A stretch of 64,000 nt of DNA from Podarcis cretensis (lineage: Eukaryota), in contig OX638161.1 of the NCBI GenBank assembly GCA_951804945.1, forward strand, positions 36,580,001 to 36,644,000, read 5' to 3'. Numbering within the stretch: the first letter of the stretch is position 1; each line of letters begins with the position of its first letter. Shown here piece after piece: positions 42,600 to 64,000 of this stretch. The notes beneath the pieces were generated by a model. The model saw only the letters and a program-made list of their open reading frames with translations, made no database searches and was not told the DNA's origin. The translations under genes were made by a program, and so were the position numbers.

Positions 42600-42875
42600 T
42601 TTCCGACGCGTTCGAGACGCTGCCGAGCCTGCTGGGAGGCTTCCCCCTCAGCCAATCAAGAAAGCCGGAGAGGCAAAGGAACGTAGGTCCGGGTGGGCAG
42701 AAGCAGGAAAAGAAACCCCGGAGGCAGGAGAAGGCTGCCCCTGTCGAGGGGGGCGAGTCCGCCTTGGGCCGTGGCCCCGCCCACTGAGGGTGTGGCCTCT
42801 GAGCAGGAGGGTCTGGAGGGGAGGGGGAGGAGGTGCGGGGGAGCGAGCAAGTAGTTTGTCCTCAGCTGCAGAGAG
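42600..42875 (+). promoter_or_regulatory. GYS1: GYS1 promoter and non-coding first exon
   Basis: CpG-rich, CCAAT at about 42652, GC box ggccccgccc at about 42773, strong donor GAG|gtaagc after 42875, matching acceptor ttcctccag| at 43989 upstream of the ATG. Confidence 0.65.
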
Positions 42876-44046
42876 GTAAGCACAGCCGGATTCCCCCGGG
42901 CGCTCCCGAGGATCCCCCTTTCCTTTAATCGCCAGTGACCCAGCTTTATTCATAACTATACCTAGGACTCTTTTCATTTCATGCTGTATCTAGCTCTTCT
43001 TGCTCCCCCCGATTCCCAATGGGAACCGGACTGCATGCTTCACACACAGAGAGAGAGAAAATTCCTGCGACAGTTACTTCTCCCTTCCTTCGTTCCTTCT
43101 CTTTCGCCCTCCCTATCCTTGCACAACCCCCGCACAATACCTCTGAGGAACAGATCTTGTACCTCTGCTCCCAGAGGCCTGCGATCCCAAATTTAATAGG
43201 CTCTCCTTTCCCCCTCCCTGTTCCTAGCAAGATTCTTAAAGGATCGCTACGTTCCTTCTTATATTCTAGTCTTTTCCGCGCTTCCCGGAAGGATCCCAAG
43301 CCTGCTGTCCAGAGTCTCTTGCAGAGTAAGCGAGGCCTGCACTCCGCCTTCTCTTCGCCTAGGTTTCCCTCTCGCTGTTGCTTAGAGGAAAATCGGGACC
43401 CCTGTTCCTTCCTACTTAGATACAGAAGATTTCTAGGCACTCTCGTTTCAAGCTTCTCTAAAATGCACCCATCCGCCCTGCCAGCTCTTAAATGTTGCAG
43501 TCGGAAAGCTCCCGGCAGACCTCCCATCTTACCCTTTCCCCTCCTTCAGCTGTTGCTGTTACTCAAGACTAAATGCAAGCCTTCGAAAAGATCAAGGGGT
43601 GGTGGTGGTGGAGAGGAGGCAGAAACTTGGACTCCTGGGTTCCTTAGAAGCAAAACGGGGGTGGGGTGGGGGGCGGCAAACACAGAGACAAAAACTTGGT
43701 TTATAATGGTTTAGAGAAGGTGGGCTGGGAGCCAGGACTCCCAAGTAGTCTGAGGTGGAAAAAAGGAGGGTTGAAAAGGATTCCTGAATTTAAGGGGCTT
43801 GGACTAGATTGCCCCAACTCTACAATTCTAGGATCTGAGGAGGGAGGGGTTTTATTTAAGTACATTGAGAGAACTGGATGCTTAGAATTCTGACCAGTTA
43901 CAGAGACCCTTCCAGGTATGATAGAATAGTAGAGCAATAGGTATAATGATAGATAATAGAACATGACCTTCTTTTTCTGATTCCTCCAGGCTAGACCTAG
44001 ACCTCCCCCGAAACCCCTTGTCCTCACTTTCAACCCCTGGGGCACC

Positions 44047-64000
<19,954 letters not shown>

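Noticed and set aside
42979-43714. 231-aa plus and 182-aa minus ORFs
   Set aside because: They lie in the inferred GYS1 5' UTR intron, have biased composition and no recognisable family.

Overview
Eukaryotic (vertebrate) genomic DNA, very likely from a squamate; young Sauria-type SINEs with (ACCTTT)n tails suggest a lacertid lizard. No prokaryotic features are present. Five spliced protein-coding genes were assembled by hand with consistent GT-AG junctions and phases: the 3' end of AKT1S1/PRAS40 (+), a complete 239-aa TSPAN4-like tetraspanin (-), a complete POLR2L/RPB10 (+) head-to-head with it on one CpG island, a complete PRMT1 (-) including the 54-nt NES cassette exon, and GYS1 (+, coding exons 1-13, truncated) head-to-head with PRMT1. 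Introns carry Sauria SINEs, older tRNA-derived SINEs, CR1/L2 fragments and Tc1/mariner and hAT MITEs. The most interesting signal is the TSPAN4-like/POLR2L pair. In human that pair is at 11p15.5, but here it sits inside an AKT1S1-PRMT1-GYS1 (human 19q13-type) block with a diverged tetraspanin. This suggests a retained whole-genome-duplication paralog pair lost in mammals, possibly a second RPB10 gene. Other notable items: a one-strand array of 12 CCAAT boxes upstream of PRMT1, a uORF/intronic-polyA module in the tetraspanin leader, and a SINE whose 5' junction records fold-back copying of its target site and the birth of a microsatellite. All comparisons to human proteins and loci are from memory and need database confirmation.
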